Below the pieces are notes generated by a model. The model did no database searches. It was given only the letters and a program-made list of their open reading frames with translations, and had not been told where the DNA came from. Positions 19,110 through 28,185 of a stretch of 64,000 nucleotides of DNA are shown piece by piece (position 1 is the stretch's first letter; the number at the start of each line of letters is the position of its first letter). The translations under genes and the position numbers were made by a program. The stretch is taken from positions 28,119 through 92,118 of the forward strand of contig MHBM01000243.1 of NCBI GenBank assembly GCA_001804885.1, in the 5' to 3' direction. This DNA is from Lentisphaerae bacterium RIFOXYA12_FULL_48_11. GTDB lineage: Bacteria > Verrucomicrobiota > Kiritimatiellia > UBA8416 > YA12-FULL-48-11.

Positions 19110-20206
19110 GGGACTGCCCTAATCATTATATCGGCACCACTCTGTTCGTATCCTTTAAAAATAAGTCGTGGCGCAGACTTCAGCAACCATCCTTGTCCAG
19201 CAATAGCAGGTACGGATGCAGATCCTCCGATAATCAATGGCGCCACAAAAAATAAATATTCATCAACCTGTTTCTGGGCAATCAACGAATAAGCCAATGC
19301 CCCTCCTCCTTCACACAAGACATGCAAAACCCCCAGTCTGCCTAATTCTGCAAATAGATGATCAAGAGATACAAGGCCACTCTTCGTACACGGCAACCTC
19401 CAAACAATGGCACCTTTTTGAAGATATTGATTAAATTTTTTATCCGCACACCTTGCCGTTGTTGCAATAACAGTTCTCGCTACATAAGGGTCATTCAACA
19501 GTTTGGCGCAAACAGGAAGAATCCCTCTGGAATCGACAACGACACGGAAAGGCTTCTCCTTTCGCGCACAAAGAAGTGAAGGATTGTCAGTACGGGCAGT
19601 GCCAGCACCAACAAGTATGGCATCCACACCTTTGCGCAGATTCATGACAGCCTTTCGTGATTTTTCAGAAGATATCCATCGGGAGGACCCTTTTGAGTCA
19701 GCTATTTTACCATCTATGGACATAGCAAGCTTAAGGGTAAGGAAGGGATGTCCACAGCTGATCCACTTCTCAAAGGGCTTAATTAAATCCGCGCCATGTT
19801 GTCTGCACACGCCTTCGATAACATTAATACCCGCTTTCCTAAGTATCTGGATACCTCTTCCGTTGTGGAGTGGATTTGGATCGCGGGCAGCAATTACAAC
19901 CGTTTTCACTTTGCTCTGAATGATGGCCTGTGTACAGGGCCCGGTCCTGCCATGAGTGCTGCACGGTTCGAGCGTGACATAAAGAACAGCACCCTTGGCA
20001 AATCTACCAGCTGAACGTAAGGCAAATATTTCGGCATGAGGTCCGCCAGCCCGCTTGTGCAATCCTTTTCCAATGATCTTTCCTTCCGAGACAATAAGAG
20101 CAGCAACAGGAGGATTAGGCTTGGTCAAACCAATCCCTCTTCTAGCCAGTTCAATGGCTTGCATCATGAAGTGAACATGCAAATCCTGCCGTTCTTTTGT
20201 ATTCAC
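19100..20206 (-). CDS. ribD: bifunctional pyrimidine deaminase / uracil reductase
   Basis: Deaminase zinc motifs HAEIFAL and TLEPCSTHGRTGPC, followed by a reductase domain. 368 aa. Confidence 0.95.
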   Translation of the reverse strand: MNTKERQDLHVHFMMQAIELARRGIGLTKPNPPVAALIVSEGKIIGKGLHKRAGGPHAEIFALRSAGRFAKGAVLYVTLEPCSTHGRTGPCTQAIIQSKVKTVVIAARDPNPLHNGRGIQILRKAGINVIEGVCRQHGADLIKPFEKWISCGHPFLTLKLAMSIDGKIADSKGSSRWISSEKSRKAVMNLRKGVDAILVGAGTARTDNPSLLCARKEKPFRVVVDSRGILPVCAKLLNDPYVARTVIATTARCADKKFNQYLQKGAIVWRLPCTKSGLVSLDHLFAELGRLGVLHVLCEGGGALAYSLIAQKQVDEYLFFVAPLIIGGSASVPAIAGQGWLLKSAPRLIFKGYEQSGADIMIRAVPCR

Positions 20207-20229
20207 GGCTAAACTCCAATTTTAAGGTA

Positions 20230-20661
20230 TTATTCATCTTTACTACGTGCGGGCCTGTCAATATCTTTACGAATGCGGTCCAGTATGCCATTTACAAACC
20301 TGCCTGACTCTTTGCTTCCGAAATACTTGGCAATATCAACAGCTTCGTTAATTGAAACTATCGGAGGAATATCTTTGCAAAACAGCATCTCATATACTGC
20401 CATACGCATTACATTTCTATCTACGGCAGCCATGCGATCCATATGCCAGTTATCTGCGTATTTCTGTATAGTGTTATCAATCTCTATAAGGTTGTTCCGA
20501 ACACCACACAGCAACTTCTCCGCAAACTCTTTCATGGCAGAGTCTGGTTGCTTGTCCACCCAAAACCGTGTAACTGCATTATTAATATTTTCAGTTGGAT
20601 TCAGATCCAATTGAAACAACATCTGCGTACACCATTCTCTAGCTTCTCGTCTTGTTGCCAT
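20230..20661 (-). CDS. nusB: transcription antitermination factor NusB
   Basis: 143 aa. TRREAREWCTQMLFQLD N-terminus and AVDRNVMRMAVYEM core typical of NusB. Confidence 0.9.
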   Translation of the reverse strand: MATRREAREWCTQMLFQLDLNPTENINNAVTRFWVDKQPDSAMKEFAEKLLCGVRNNLIEIDNTIQKYADNWHMDRMAAVDRNVMRMAVYEMLFCKDIPPIVSINEAVDIAKYFGSKESGRFVNGILDRIRKDIDRPARSKDE

Positions 20662-20664
20662 GGG

Positions 20665-21138
20665 CTATATTGCCATTTCTTTATACAAGTTTGCCATTTC
20701 AATGGCAGCTTCCACTGCATGCCACCCTTTATTCCCTGCCTTTGTTCCGCACCTTTCAATTGCCTGCTCTAGGTTACTGGCACAGACAACTCCATTAATT
20801 ACAGGGATATTGTTATCCATTGCTACTTTGGCAACAGATCTTGAAACCTGACTATTGATTAGATCGGCATGAGGCGTGGCTCCCTGAATTACTGCACCAA
20901 TGACAACTAAAGCATCCATCTTCCCTGTTTTTGCCATTTTATGTGCGGCTAAAGGAGTTTCATTGGCACCAGGAACCCAGACTACTGTTATATCCTTGTC
21001 GGAACCTCCATGTCTTACGAAACAATCCAGAGCACCACTCAACAACTGTTTGCTCAAAAAGTCATTAAAACGGCTTACAATGATTCCAATCTTTAACCCT
21101 TTTGCAACTAGATTACCTGACACCTCTTTTATATTCAT
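20665..21138 (-). CDS. ribH: 6,7-dimethyl-8-ribityllumazine synthase
   Basis: KIGIIVSRFNDFLS, VWVPGANETP and ALVVIGAVIQGATPHAD. AAGGAGG lies 7 nt before ATG 21138. Confidence 0.95.
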   Translation of the reverse strand: MNIKEVSGNLVAKGLKIGIIVSRFNDFLSKQLLSGALDCFVRHGGSDKDITVVWVPGANETPLAAHKMAKTGKMDALVVIGAVIQGATPHADLINSQVSRSVAKVAMDNNIPVINGVVCASNLEQAIERCGTKAGNKGWHAVEAAIEMANLYKEMAI

Positions 21139-21151
21139 GATCGACCTCCTT

Positions 21152-22345
21152 TTACAGAATATGACCCAACTTCTCTTTCTTTGTTCTAAGATATCTTTCA
21201 CTGTATTTATTCGCCGGACAGATTATGGGAATACGTTCAACAATTTTAAGGCAATACCCTTCAAGACCGACAATCTTTCTTGGGTTGTTGGTCATCAAAC
21301 GTATTTTCTTTAAACCAAGCGCACATAATATCTGCGCACCGACGCCATAGTCTCTCAAATCAGCGTCAAAACCAAGTTTTTCATTGGCTTCAACTGTATC
21401 AAGCCCCATATCTTGAAGCTCATACGCGTGGATTTTGTTAGCCAAACCAATACCCCTGCCCTCCTGCATCATGTACAGTACGACGCCCACCCCCTCTTGC
21501 TGTATCATTTTCATGGCATGGTCAAGTTGGGATCCACAATCACAACGCAAAGATCCTAAAACATCACCCGTGAGACATTGACTGTGTACCCTGACAAGAG
21601 GTGATCGCGCCTTTAAAATATCGCCCATTACCAATGCAACATGGTGTTCACCATCGACAATAGACTTGAAAAGTTTAAGTTTAAATGTCCCATGTTTTGT
21701 TGGAAAAGCCACTTCCCTTTCAAGTGTAACAAGATTCTCTGTTTTACCACGATAGGCAATAAGATCGGCGATGGAAGTCATCTTGATGTTGTGTTTTTTA
21801 GCAAAAACGACAAGATTAGGAAGTCTGGCCATTGTCCCATCTTCATTTAAAATTTCACATATAACCCCAGCCGGCTTGAACCCTGCCAGCCTCGACAGAT
21901 CAACGGCAGCCTCAGTATGTCCAGCGCGTCGTAAAACACCTCCAGCCATCGCCTCAAGAGGGAAAGTATGTCCAGGACTGACAAAATCATCACTCCTACT
22001 TTTTGCATCGACCAGACGACGTATTGTCATTGCCCTGTCATGAGCACTTATTCCTGTTGTGATTCCGTGAGATGCATCTACAGATTCCATGAATGCCGTG
22101 CGGAATGCATCACCAGTTCCCTTTAATGCCATACGCTTCAAACCCAAATGTTGCAAGCGTTGAGCCGTTAAAGCTACACAGACGAGTCCTCTGCCAAATT
22201 TTGTCATGAAATTGATAGCCCTGGCTGAAACCCTTTCTGCCGCCATGACTAGATCACCCTCGTTCTCTCTTTTCTCATCATCGGTGATAATTACCATATG
22301 TCCCTGCTTTATGGCTTTGATAACAGTCGATACGGGGTCTAACAT
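21152..22345 (-). CDS. ribBA: bifunctional DHBP synthase / GTP cyclohydrolase II
   Basis: DDEKRENEGDLVMAAE (RibB part) and CLTGDVLGSLRCDCG (RibA zinc site). GGAG lies 9 nt before ATG 22345. The longer ORF-track start would be encoded by the riboswitch terminator. Confidence 0.95.
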   Translation of the reverse strand: MLDPVSTVIKAIKQGHMVIITDDEKRENEGDLVMAAERVSARAINFMTKFGRGLVCVALTAQRLQHLGLKRMALKGTGDAFRTAFMESVDASHGITTGISAHDRAMTIRRLVDAKSRSDDFVSPGHTFPLEAMAGGVLRRAGHTEAAVDLSRLAGFKPAGVICEILNEDGTMARLPNLVVFAKKHNIKMTSIADLIAYRGKTENLVTLEREVAFPTKHGTFKLKLFKSIVDGEHHVALVMGDILKARSPLVRVHSQCLTGDVLGSLRCDCGSQLDHAMKMIQQEGVGVVLYMMQEGRGIGLANKIHAYELQDMGLDTVEANEKLGFDADLRDYGVGAQILCALGLKKIRLMTNNPRKIVGLEGYCLKIVERIPIICPANKYSERYLRTKKEKLGHIL

Positions 22346-22356
22346 ATTTTTCACTC

Positions 22357-22390
22357 CAAAAAAAATGCCCGGGAGAAGACTCCCGGGCAT
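22357..22390 (-). terminator. intrinsic terminator (FMN riboswitch expression platform)
   Basis: On the minus strand, AUGCCCGGGAG-UCUU-CUCCCGGGCAU forms an 11-bp stem followed by U8. Its CUUCUCCC segment can alternatively pair with GGGAGAAG from aptamer helix P1. Confidence 0.85.
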
Positions 22391-22403
22391 ACTCTTAAAA
22401 GCA

Positions 22404-22555
22404 TGGCCTCAATGTCTTCTCCCATCCAGACTTTACTGTCGGCTATGGACTTTCACCATATCAGTCCGGGCACTAAACATACCCAGAGTCGCGGGCTATA
22501 CCGCCGGTCAGGAGTTTTCTGCTCATTGATTGCAGAATCACCTGATCCTGAAGAC
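22404..22555 (-). promoter_or_regulatory. FMN riboswitch (RFN element) aptamer
   Basis: The minus strand reads GUCUUCAGGAUCAGG...CUCCUGACCGGCGGUAUAGCCCGCGA...GAUAUGGUGAAAGUCCAUAGCCGACAGUAAAGUCUGGAUGGGAGAAGAC. This matches the conserved RFN core. P1 pairs GUCUUC with GAAGAC. Confidence 0.9.
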
Positions 22556-22578
22556 TCAATATAAATATATCTGCAAAA

Positions 22579-22974
22579 CTATCTCTTAGAGAACTGGAAT
22601 CTCTTTCTGGCACCAGGTCTACCCGGTTTTTTACGCTCTTTCATACGCGAATCCCTAGTCAAGCAGCCACTACTCTTCAGAACCTCGCGAAGCGATTTAT
22701 CTGAAGATGACAACGCACGAGCCAGAGCATGACGAAGGGCTCCAGCCTGTCCAGAAATTCCACCACCTGAAAGGTTCGCAATAACATCGTACTTATCACC
22801 CATATTGGTGAGTTTTATTGGTTGTTCAATATAATGAAGCAATGCCTCTGCGTGAAAATAGTCCTTCAGATTTCGGCCATCTATATTCCATTTGCCAGAT
22901 CCCTGAACCAGCCTGACCCTGCACACTGCATTCTTCCTGCGACCTGTTGCACAATATTCTGTTTTGCTTTCCAC
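22579..22974 (-). CDS. rpsI: 30S ribosomal protein S9
   Basis: With a GTG 22974 start, (M)ESKTEYCATGRRKNAVCRV aligns with the E. coli S9 N-terminus MAENQYYGTGRRK. GGGAG lies 8 nt upstream. The C-terminus is PGARKRFQFSKR. Confidence 0.9.
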   Translation of the reverse strand: MESKTEYCATGRRKNAVCRVRLVQGSGKWNIDGRNLKDYFHAEALLHYIEQPIKLTNMGDKYDVIANLSGGGISGQAGALRHALARALSSSDKSLREVLKSSGCLTRDSRMKERKKPGRPGARKRFQFSKR

Positions 22975-23008
22975 TACTTCTACTCCCTGCCGCAAAAAAG
23001 CGGCACAG

Positions 23009-23434
23009 TTAATCGGCATTCTTAGGGTTCTGCGCCAGATGGGGGTGTTTATCCCCGGCATAAACCTTGAGCCTTGTAATTACTTTTCTGCTCGTATGAT
23101 TCTTGGGTAGCATCCGCTTTACTGCCTGAACTATTAGGCGGTCAGGATGTCTTTCTCTTATTACATTCGCAGCCAACCTCTGTTGACCACTTCTGTAACC
23201 GCTATATCGCTGGTAGATCTTCTGGTCTTCCTTTTTGCCGGTAAGCTTTACCTTGTTAGCATTCAGGACCACGACATAATCGCCGTTGTCGACCTGAGGT
23301 GCAAAAATAGGTTTCCCCTTACCCCTAAGCGCATTAGCTATTTTTACGGCCACTCTTCCCAACGGCTTGTTTGACGCATCAATAAGCAGCCAGGCACGAT
23401 CTTTTTCTGTAATTTTCGGTATAGATGTTTTCAC
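23009..23434 (-). CDS. rplM: 50S ribosomal protein L13
   Basis: 141 aa. WLLIDASNKPLGRVAVKIANALRGK and MLPKNHTSRKVITRLKVYAG. Confidence 0.95.
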   Translation of the reverse strand: MKTSIPKITEKDRAWLLIDASNKPLGRVAVKIANALRGKGKPIFAPQVDNGDYVVVLNANKVKLTGKKEDQKIYQRYSGYRSGQQRLAANVIRERHPDRLIVQAVKRMLPKNHTSRKVITRLKVYAGDKHPHLAQNPKNAD

Positions 23435-23468
23435 TAATTAATTGCCCCAGATTATGAAATAAGCGCGA

Positions 23469-23497
23469 ACAGTAATGAAAGTCGCACACCCTGTCAA
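23469..23497 (-). promoter_or_regulatory. candidate promoter upstream of rplM
   Basis: Perfect -35 element TTGACA, a 17-nt spacer, and a weak -10 element TACTGT on the minus strand, located between the gspD stop codon and rplM. Confidence 0.3.
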
Positions 23498-23505
23498 CCA
23501 CATAT

Positions 23506-26244
23506 TCATGGATTATTTTCAATTTTTTTGTCGAGAATTTCTTTTTGTATCCTCATATCAATTTGTTTGAGATTTTTCTCAAACTTTTTGTCATTTCTCT
23601 TAATGAAGTCAGCTATTGCTGGATCAAGATTTGAAGTCATAGGCATGCCAGGTATTGTATTTCCACTTACATTTAGGGTGGGATTGACCGGAATCTTCTC
23701 CACCTCTGACATATTTTCGATATCCGGAGATTGGACATCAGCCATCTTTTTCCTGTTTTTGGCTTCAGACTCAAGCTTCTTAACAGCAGATCTTGCATTC
23801 TTTTCCAGCTCTCTTTCCCTTTTCTCCTCCTCGCGGATTTCTTCTTTTGTAGGTTGCCCCATGTTGCTATTGGACCACCCCCTGCTCCAGTTGCCGTCAG
23901 TACCGAGTGCGGCCTGCCTTCTGAGCGCATCAGCCTCGATCTCGTCCGGTGAATCCATCACATATGGTGTAAGGAAAACAAGTATTTCGTGCCGTGTTTT
24001 ATTTTTCTCACTAGATCCAAACAACAAACCAAGCAGCGGAAGATCGCCAAGAACTGGTATCTTGGAATGATTGATAGATTTATTTTCATTCGCGAGGCCT
24101 CCCAGAACTATAGTCATTCCACTCCTTACGGAAACCGAAGCCTCAAACTTGTTCTGCTGCATTACAGGCCATAAAACCCCATCTTTACCAATCGCCTGTT
24201 TATTGTCAGCATTTGATATTTCCTGAGATATATCCATATACACGTTACGCTTGAGATTGATATGCGGGGTAACGGAAAGCTTAATACCAACTGATTTCAT
24301 ATCAACATTATCAACAGGATTATAACTTCCTATACCAGTCGAGACGTAATTCTGCCCCTTGTAGAAATATTTTTCGGTAGTCACATCAAGGGTGGCTTTT
24401 TTGTTGTCTGTAGTTAATATTATTGGAGATGAAAGAACCCTGGACCTCCCATCCTTTGCACTCATCCTTGCAACAATGTCGGCATTAAGCCCGTAATATG
24501 TCAGGTAATACGTTAACCCAGCACCAGGGGAAAAAGGTTTTGTAAGATCAGACAGACTCGCTGTCTGCCCACCACCACCACCACCACCGGCAAAACCAAC
24601 TAATGGCTTCCTTGATCCATCACTGTTCTGGTTGTAAGCAACCAATGACCGCTGAATCCAGTCAATGCCGGTCTGAATTTCATTACTCAAGTTCACATCA
24701 AGGATTAGAACTTCTATCAACACCTGTGAAACAGACATATCCATTTCTTTGATAATTTCCTCGATAGTTCCCATGTCCAGACGGCTGGCCATAATAATCA
24801 GCGAATTGATTCTTTTGTCCGCCAGAATCTTGATATTTTGAGCAGATAATTCGCCCATTTTTGATTTAAGCCCCTCACCTCCGGCAACACGTGAAAGAGC
24901 TTCACTCTGCTGTTTGGCGAACTCATCAAGTGCAGCACTTCTAGTCTCTTTTCCCGTTGCTGCATCGACCTTCCCTGCAACACCTGGCTTTCCAGATTCT
25001 TTCTGCTGTTGTTGAGCACCTATCAACGTATTCAGCATTGTTGCAACTTGCTCTGCGTCCGCGAATTCCAACCTCATAACTTTAACCATAACATCAGGTT
25101 CTGTCGGCACATCCAAAACTTTTACGATTTTATCAAAAAACTGCATGTTTTCAGGCCTGGTAATAATAATAAGGACGTTCGTTCGATCATCAGCGACTAT
25201 TTTCACCTTACCGCGTATAATACCTCTCTCAGCCTCATCCATTATTCTTGCGAGGACAGACTCTGCCGTAGATGCCACTGCATCAGTTTTACCTGCAGCA
25301 ACTGTGGGTCGTATAACTCCGGGTGGAGCAATGGGTGGCGTATAGGTCGGAGTTGAGGGGGTTCCTGTTACAACCCCAGGCGATCCACGATCCTTTGTTC
25401 GTGGTATCGTGGACTGATCTTTCTGAGATTCCTGAATTATTTCTTCAAGTTTCTGTTTGATCAGAGAAGCTTTTGCATGCCTTATTGCAACAACTTTCGG
25501 CTCTTCCCGTGATTCGATAGGCTGATCAACATATTTAAGTACATCAAGAATTCTGCTTACATTTGCGCCTGTATCGGTTAGAAGAATACAGTTAGTCCGC
25601 TCAAATGCATGAATCTTCCCGTATGGATGATGGAATTTTAGTGTGTCAATTAATTTTGATGCTTCTGCAACATCGATATTTTTCAATTGTATCATCTGGC
25701 TTACAAGTTCATCGGTATCCTTTAATGTTGTACTCTCATCAAAATCCCTTATCCCCATTCCCTCCTGTCTTACAGAATCAATCGGAACAACCTTGAGGAA
25801 TTTATCGCCAACTTTGACCAAGCCAATACCATTCATTGCCAGTACAGTTTCAATGGCCTGCAGATATTCATCCATTGTCAACTCGCCTTCGTTACGAAGC
25901 GTTATTCCTTTCGCAGGCGCCGGCAATTTGGGATCAAGAAGAAGTGTTCTTTTGGTTGCCTCGCTATAATCCTTTAGTATCATTTCGAGTTTGGCTTCCT
26001 CATATTTCAACTGCGGAGCAGTCTGGTTAGTGGTGGCTGACTTGGCTATAGCAGGAATCGCTGGTGTCCGCGCTGGAATGGCTGTATTCGGTATGGGTAC
26101 ACCCGGAGGGACCACCTGAGCAGGAGCAAGCAGTATTATCCAAAACAATGCGATCATTCCACAGAAGAAGCTTAAATTCAGGTTTCTTCTGCTATTTTGC
26201 ACGTTTTTTCTCACCGTTATTTTTTTTCTGTTTTGCATATGCAC
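23506..26244 (-). CDS. gspD: type II secretion system secretin
   Basis: Signal-peptide-like N-terminus, N-domains, and a secretin core ending in IPVLGDLPLLGLLFGS...ILVFLTPYVM. 912 aa with extra linkers and a charged tail. Confidence 0.9.
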   Translation of the reverse strand: MHMQNRKKITVRKNVQNSRRNLNLSFFCGMIALFWIILLAPAQVVPPGVPIPNTAIPARTPAIPAIAKSATTNQTAPQLKYEEAKLEMILKDYSEATKRTLLLDPKLPAPAKGITLRNEGELTMDEYLQAIETVLAMNGIGLVKVGDKFLKVVPIDSVRQEGMGIRDFDESTTLKDTDELVSQMIQLKNIDVAEASKLIDTLKFHHPYGKIHAFERTNCILLTDTGANVSRILDVLKYVDQPIESREEPKVVAIRHAKASLIKQKLEEIIQESQKDQSTIPRTKDRGSPGVVTGTPSTPTYTPPIAPPGVIRPTVAAGKTDAVASTAESVLARIMDEAERGIIRGKVKIVADDRTNVLIIITRPENMQFFDKIVKVLDVPTEPDVMVKVMRLEFADAEQVATMLNTLIGAQQQQKESGKPGVAGKVDAATGKETRSAALDEFAKQQSEALSRVAGGEGLKSKMGELSAQNIKILADKRINSLIIMASRLDMGTIEEIIKEMDMSVSQVLIEVLILDVNLSNEIQTGIDWIQRSLVAYNQNSDGSRKPLVGFAGGGGGGGQTASLSDLTKPFSPGAGLTYYLTYYGLNADIVARMSAKDGRSRVLSSPIILTTDNKKATLDVTTEKYFYKGQNYVSTGIGSYNPVDNVDMKSVGIKLSVTPHINLKRNVYMDISQEISNADNKQAIGKDGVLWPVMQQNKFEASVSVRSGMTIVLGGLANENKSINHSKIPVLGDLPLLGLLFGSSEKNKTRHEILVFLTPYVMDSPDEIEADALRRQAALGTDGNWSRGWSNSNMGQPTKEEIREEEKRERELEKNARSAVKKLESEAKNRKKMADVQSPDIENMSEVEKIPVNPTLNVSGNTIPGMPMTSNLDPAIADFIKRNDKKFEKNLKQIDMRIQKEILDKKIENNP
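24569..24586 (-). repeat. (GGT)6 trinucleotide repeat inside gspD (poly-Gly)
   Basis: The plus strand reads CCA x6, then CCG. It encodes AGGGGGGGQ in the secretin. Confidence 0.95.
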
Positions 26245-26746
26245 AGTAAAGCGAAAAATATCCTCTCAGCACATCACCCGCCTTGGGTTTCACCTGTAGT
26301 TGCCTTATATCAAGCATAGCACCTTGGCTTTGCAAATCAAAGAGGAAATGAATGATAGCATTAAGGTTTCCCTCCCACTCCTTACACTCAATCGGCAATT
26401 CGTAGACATCCCCTACAACCTTTTCCTCTCCCGCCTGGCGTTTGAGAATTTTAACGCCATGCTTGGTTGCCAATTGGTCCATGGCTGAAAGCCATTGAAC
26501 ATCCATTTTTTTGTCTACAGGATACTCAGGCAGGGCTTTTTGAAGTTCATTGAGCTTTTTCTCCCATATTTCCCTGCTGTTTATTATTTCACGATTCCTT
26601 TGGATCTGGGCAGACAGCTCTTCCTGTTTTTTGACTATCTCTTTCCACTCCTCAATCTTGGATTTGGACAATATAACCGATAAGCCAAAAAGCACCACAG
26701 CACCGGTTGCCATTGCCAGTATTAGCTCTCTTTGTGACAGCCTCAT
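26192..26746 (-). CDS. gspM: T2SS assembly protein GspM / PilO-like
   Basis: Short N-terminus, a single TM segment (LILAMATGAVVLFGLSVIL), a coiled coil and a small C-terminal domain. It sits between gspL and gspD. Confidence 0.6.
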   Translation of the reverse strand: MRLSQRELILAMATGAVVLFGLSVILSKSKIEEWKEIVKKQEELSAQIQRNREIINSREIWEKKLNELQKALPEYPVDKKMDVQWLSAMDQLATKHGVKILKRQAGEEKVVGDVYELPIECKEWEGNLNAIIHFLFDLQSQGAMLDIRQLQVKPKAGDVLRGYFSLYCAYAKQKKNNGEKKRAK

Positions 26747-28185
26747 TCTTCTCCACCCACCGGTAATTTCATATCAATCTGGAACGCCTGTTTATCTTTC
26801 TGAGTAATGGGTCCTTTCAATGTACCTTTTAGAAATAATTTGGATCCATCCAACCCGTTCTTAAATTCGTAGACGGAATCAACGGCTGTGGCCAAAGCGT
26901 TTATCGTAACTGTAGGCGGCCCCGAAGCACGCTTGTATTCAAAAGATGTAAGATCAATACCTTCTGGTAGGATTCCAACAACCTCTCGGAGGCATTCCAA
27001 GACAGAGTAAGTTCTGTCGCTGTATCTCTTGACTATGTTAACCCGCCTTCGCATATCCATGACTTCTTTAGCAGGTTTTTGTGTTATCTCAAACTCTGCC
27101 TGTAAAACTTCAAGCTTGTTCTGTTGATAAAATAGGCCGCCGAGGAAGATAATTATGCTGAGTGCCCATGCTCCAATTATCCCCCCCGCAGCAATCATCA
27201 CTCTCTGTTTAAAAAGTTTTTCACCACCAGTTACGCGCCAGGAAAGAGGTGTCAGATCAAGTAACTGCCCTCCTTCAGCACTCCTCCGCGCAAAACCTCC
27301 AGAAACGGGCGGAAGCTCTGTAATAGACCGGATTGATAACTCGTAAGGACATGCCTGTCGCAGGTTCTCTTCCAGTTTTTCAGGAAGGGCATCATGATGC
27401 CAGACTGATAATGAGCATGACTTACTTACTCCATGCTCCAGCTCGAGCGACATAATGGTACTGGCCGTTTCCCCTGCTATTTCAGAGGCGAATTCATCGT
27501 CACTCAACGGCCCCTGACCACTTAAAGAACGAAACACTATTGGCAACCCATCCTGAAAAACAATTATTTCAGGCACTACTTCGGCGAGCAATATAACTAT
27601 TTGCCGGCCTGCTTCCGTCACCATGTTTGATTCTTTCAGCAACTTTGCCCAGCCGAGAACATCAGCATCAACTCTTGACGGGAATATGTCCGCATTGGCG
27701 AGTAATTTACCAAGCTGATCGACAACATCATTTTTAATCGCAGCTACGAGCACATGATAAAAATCTTTGCCCTTTTCAAGTATTTCATATGAAACCACCA
27801 TGTTCTCAACTGGAAACGGAGAAAGTTTGTCGATTTGAAGGTCAACCATTCCCCTCAATTCATCATCCGGAACAGCAGGAAGCTTAATAACACGAAGTAG
27901 GATCTGCTCAGATGACAAGCCAAGGGTGACTGTCCCCTGGAAATATTTTTTGTTTTTCGAAATAAGAGCCGTCAATCCCTGATCCGAGACCTTAACGTCC
28001 TCTCCCTCTGCAGCAATATGGCTTTCTAGATCAGCTTTTCCTGAATCAACAGTTTTAAAGCCATCCTTGATCTTTTCCAGGGAAGTCCATTCCAAACTGT
28101 TGTTAGTTATCTTTAACCCGGTTATAATTTCCCTAGACATAATATTTTGCCAATCAGGAGATCCATCTATTCTTCTTCTCTCCAC
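26743..28185 (-). CDS. gspL: T2SS assembly protein GspL-like (cytoplasmic domain, TM, periplasmic domain)
   Basis: A cytoplasmic domain of about 300 aa, a TM segment VMIAAGGIIGAWALSIIIFLGGLFY, and a periplasmic domain of about 130 aa. It sits between gspK and gspM. The start could be GTG 28185 or ATG 28140. Confidence 0.6.
   Translation of the reverse strand: MERRRIDGSPDWQNIMSREIITGLKITNNSLEWTSLEKIKDGFKTVDSGKADLESHIAAEGEDVKVSDQGLTALISKNKKYFQGTVTLGLSSEQILLRVIKLPAVPDDELRGMVDLQIDKLSPFPVENMVVSYEILEKGKDFYHVLVAAIKNDVVDQLGKLLANADIFPSRVDADVLGWAKLLKESNMVTEAGRQIVILLAEVVPEIIVFQDGLPIVFRSLSGQGPLSDDEFASEIAGETASTIMSLELEHGVSKSCSLSVWHHDALPEKLEENLRQACPYELSIRSITELPPVSGGFARRSAEGGQLLDLTPLSWRVTGGEKLFKQRVMIAAGGIIGAWALSIIIFLGGLFYQQNKLEVLQAEFEITQKPAKEVMDMRRRVNIVKRYSDRTYSVLECLREVVGILPEGIDLTSFEYKRASGPPTVTINALATAVDSVYEFKNGLDGSKLFLKGTLKGPITQKDKQAFQIDMKLPVGGEE

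Noticed and set aside
22346-22390. The longer ribBA start (MPGSLLPGIFFGVKN...) in the ORF track
   Set aside because: These codons are the riboswitch terminator hairpin and its U-tract. The ATG at 22345 has a GGAG ribosome-binding site and matches the normal RibB N-terminus.
22988-23005. Hairpin TGCCGC-UUUUUU-GCGGCA between rplM and rpsI as a possible terminator
   Set aside because: The stem is only 6 bp and has no trailing U-tract. It sits just upstream of the rpsI ribosome-binding site inside a conserved two-gene operon. At most it is a minor translational or processing element.
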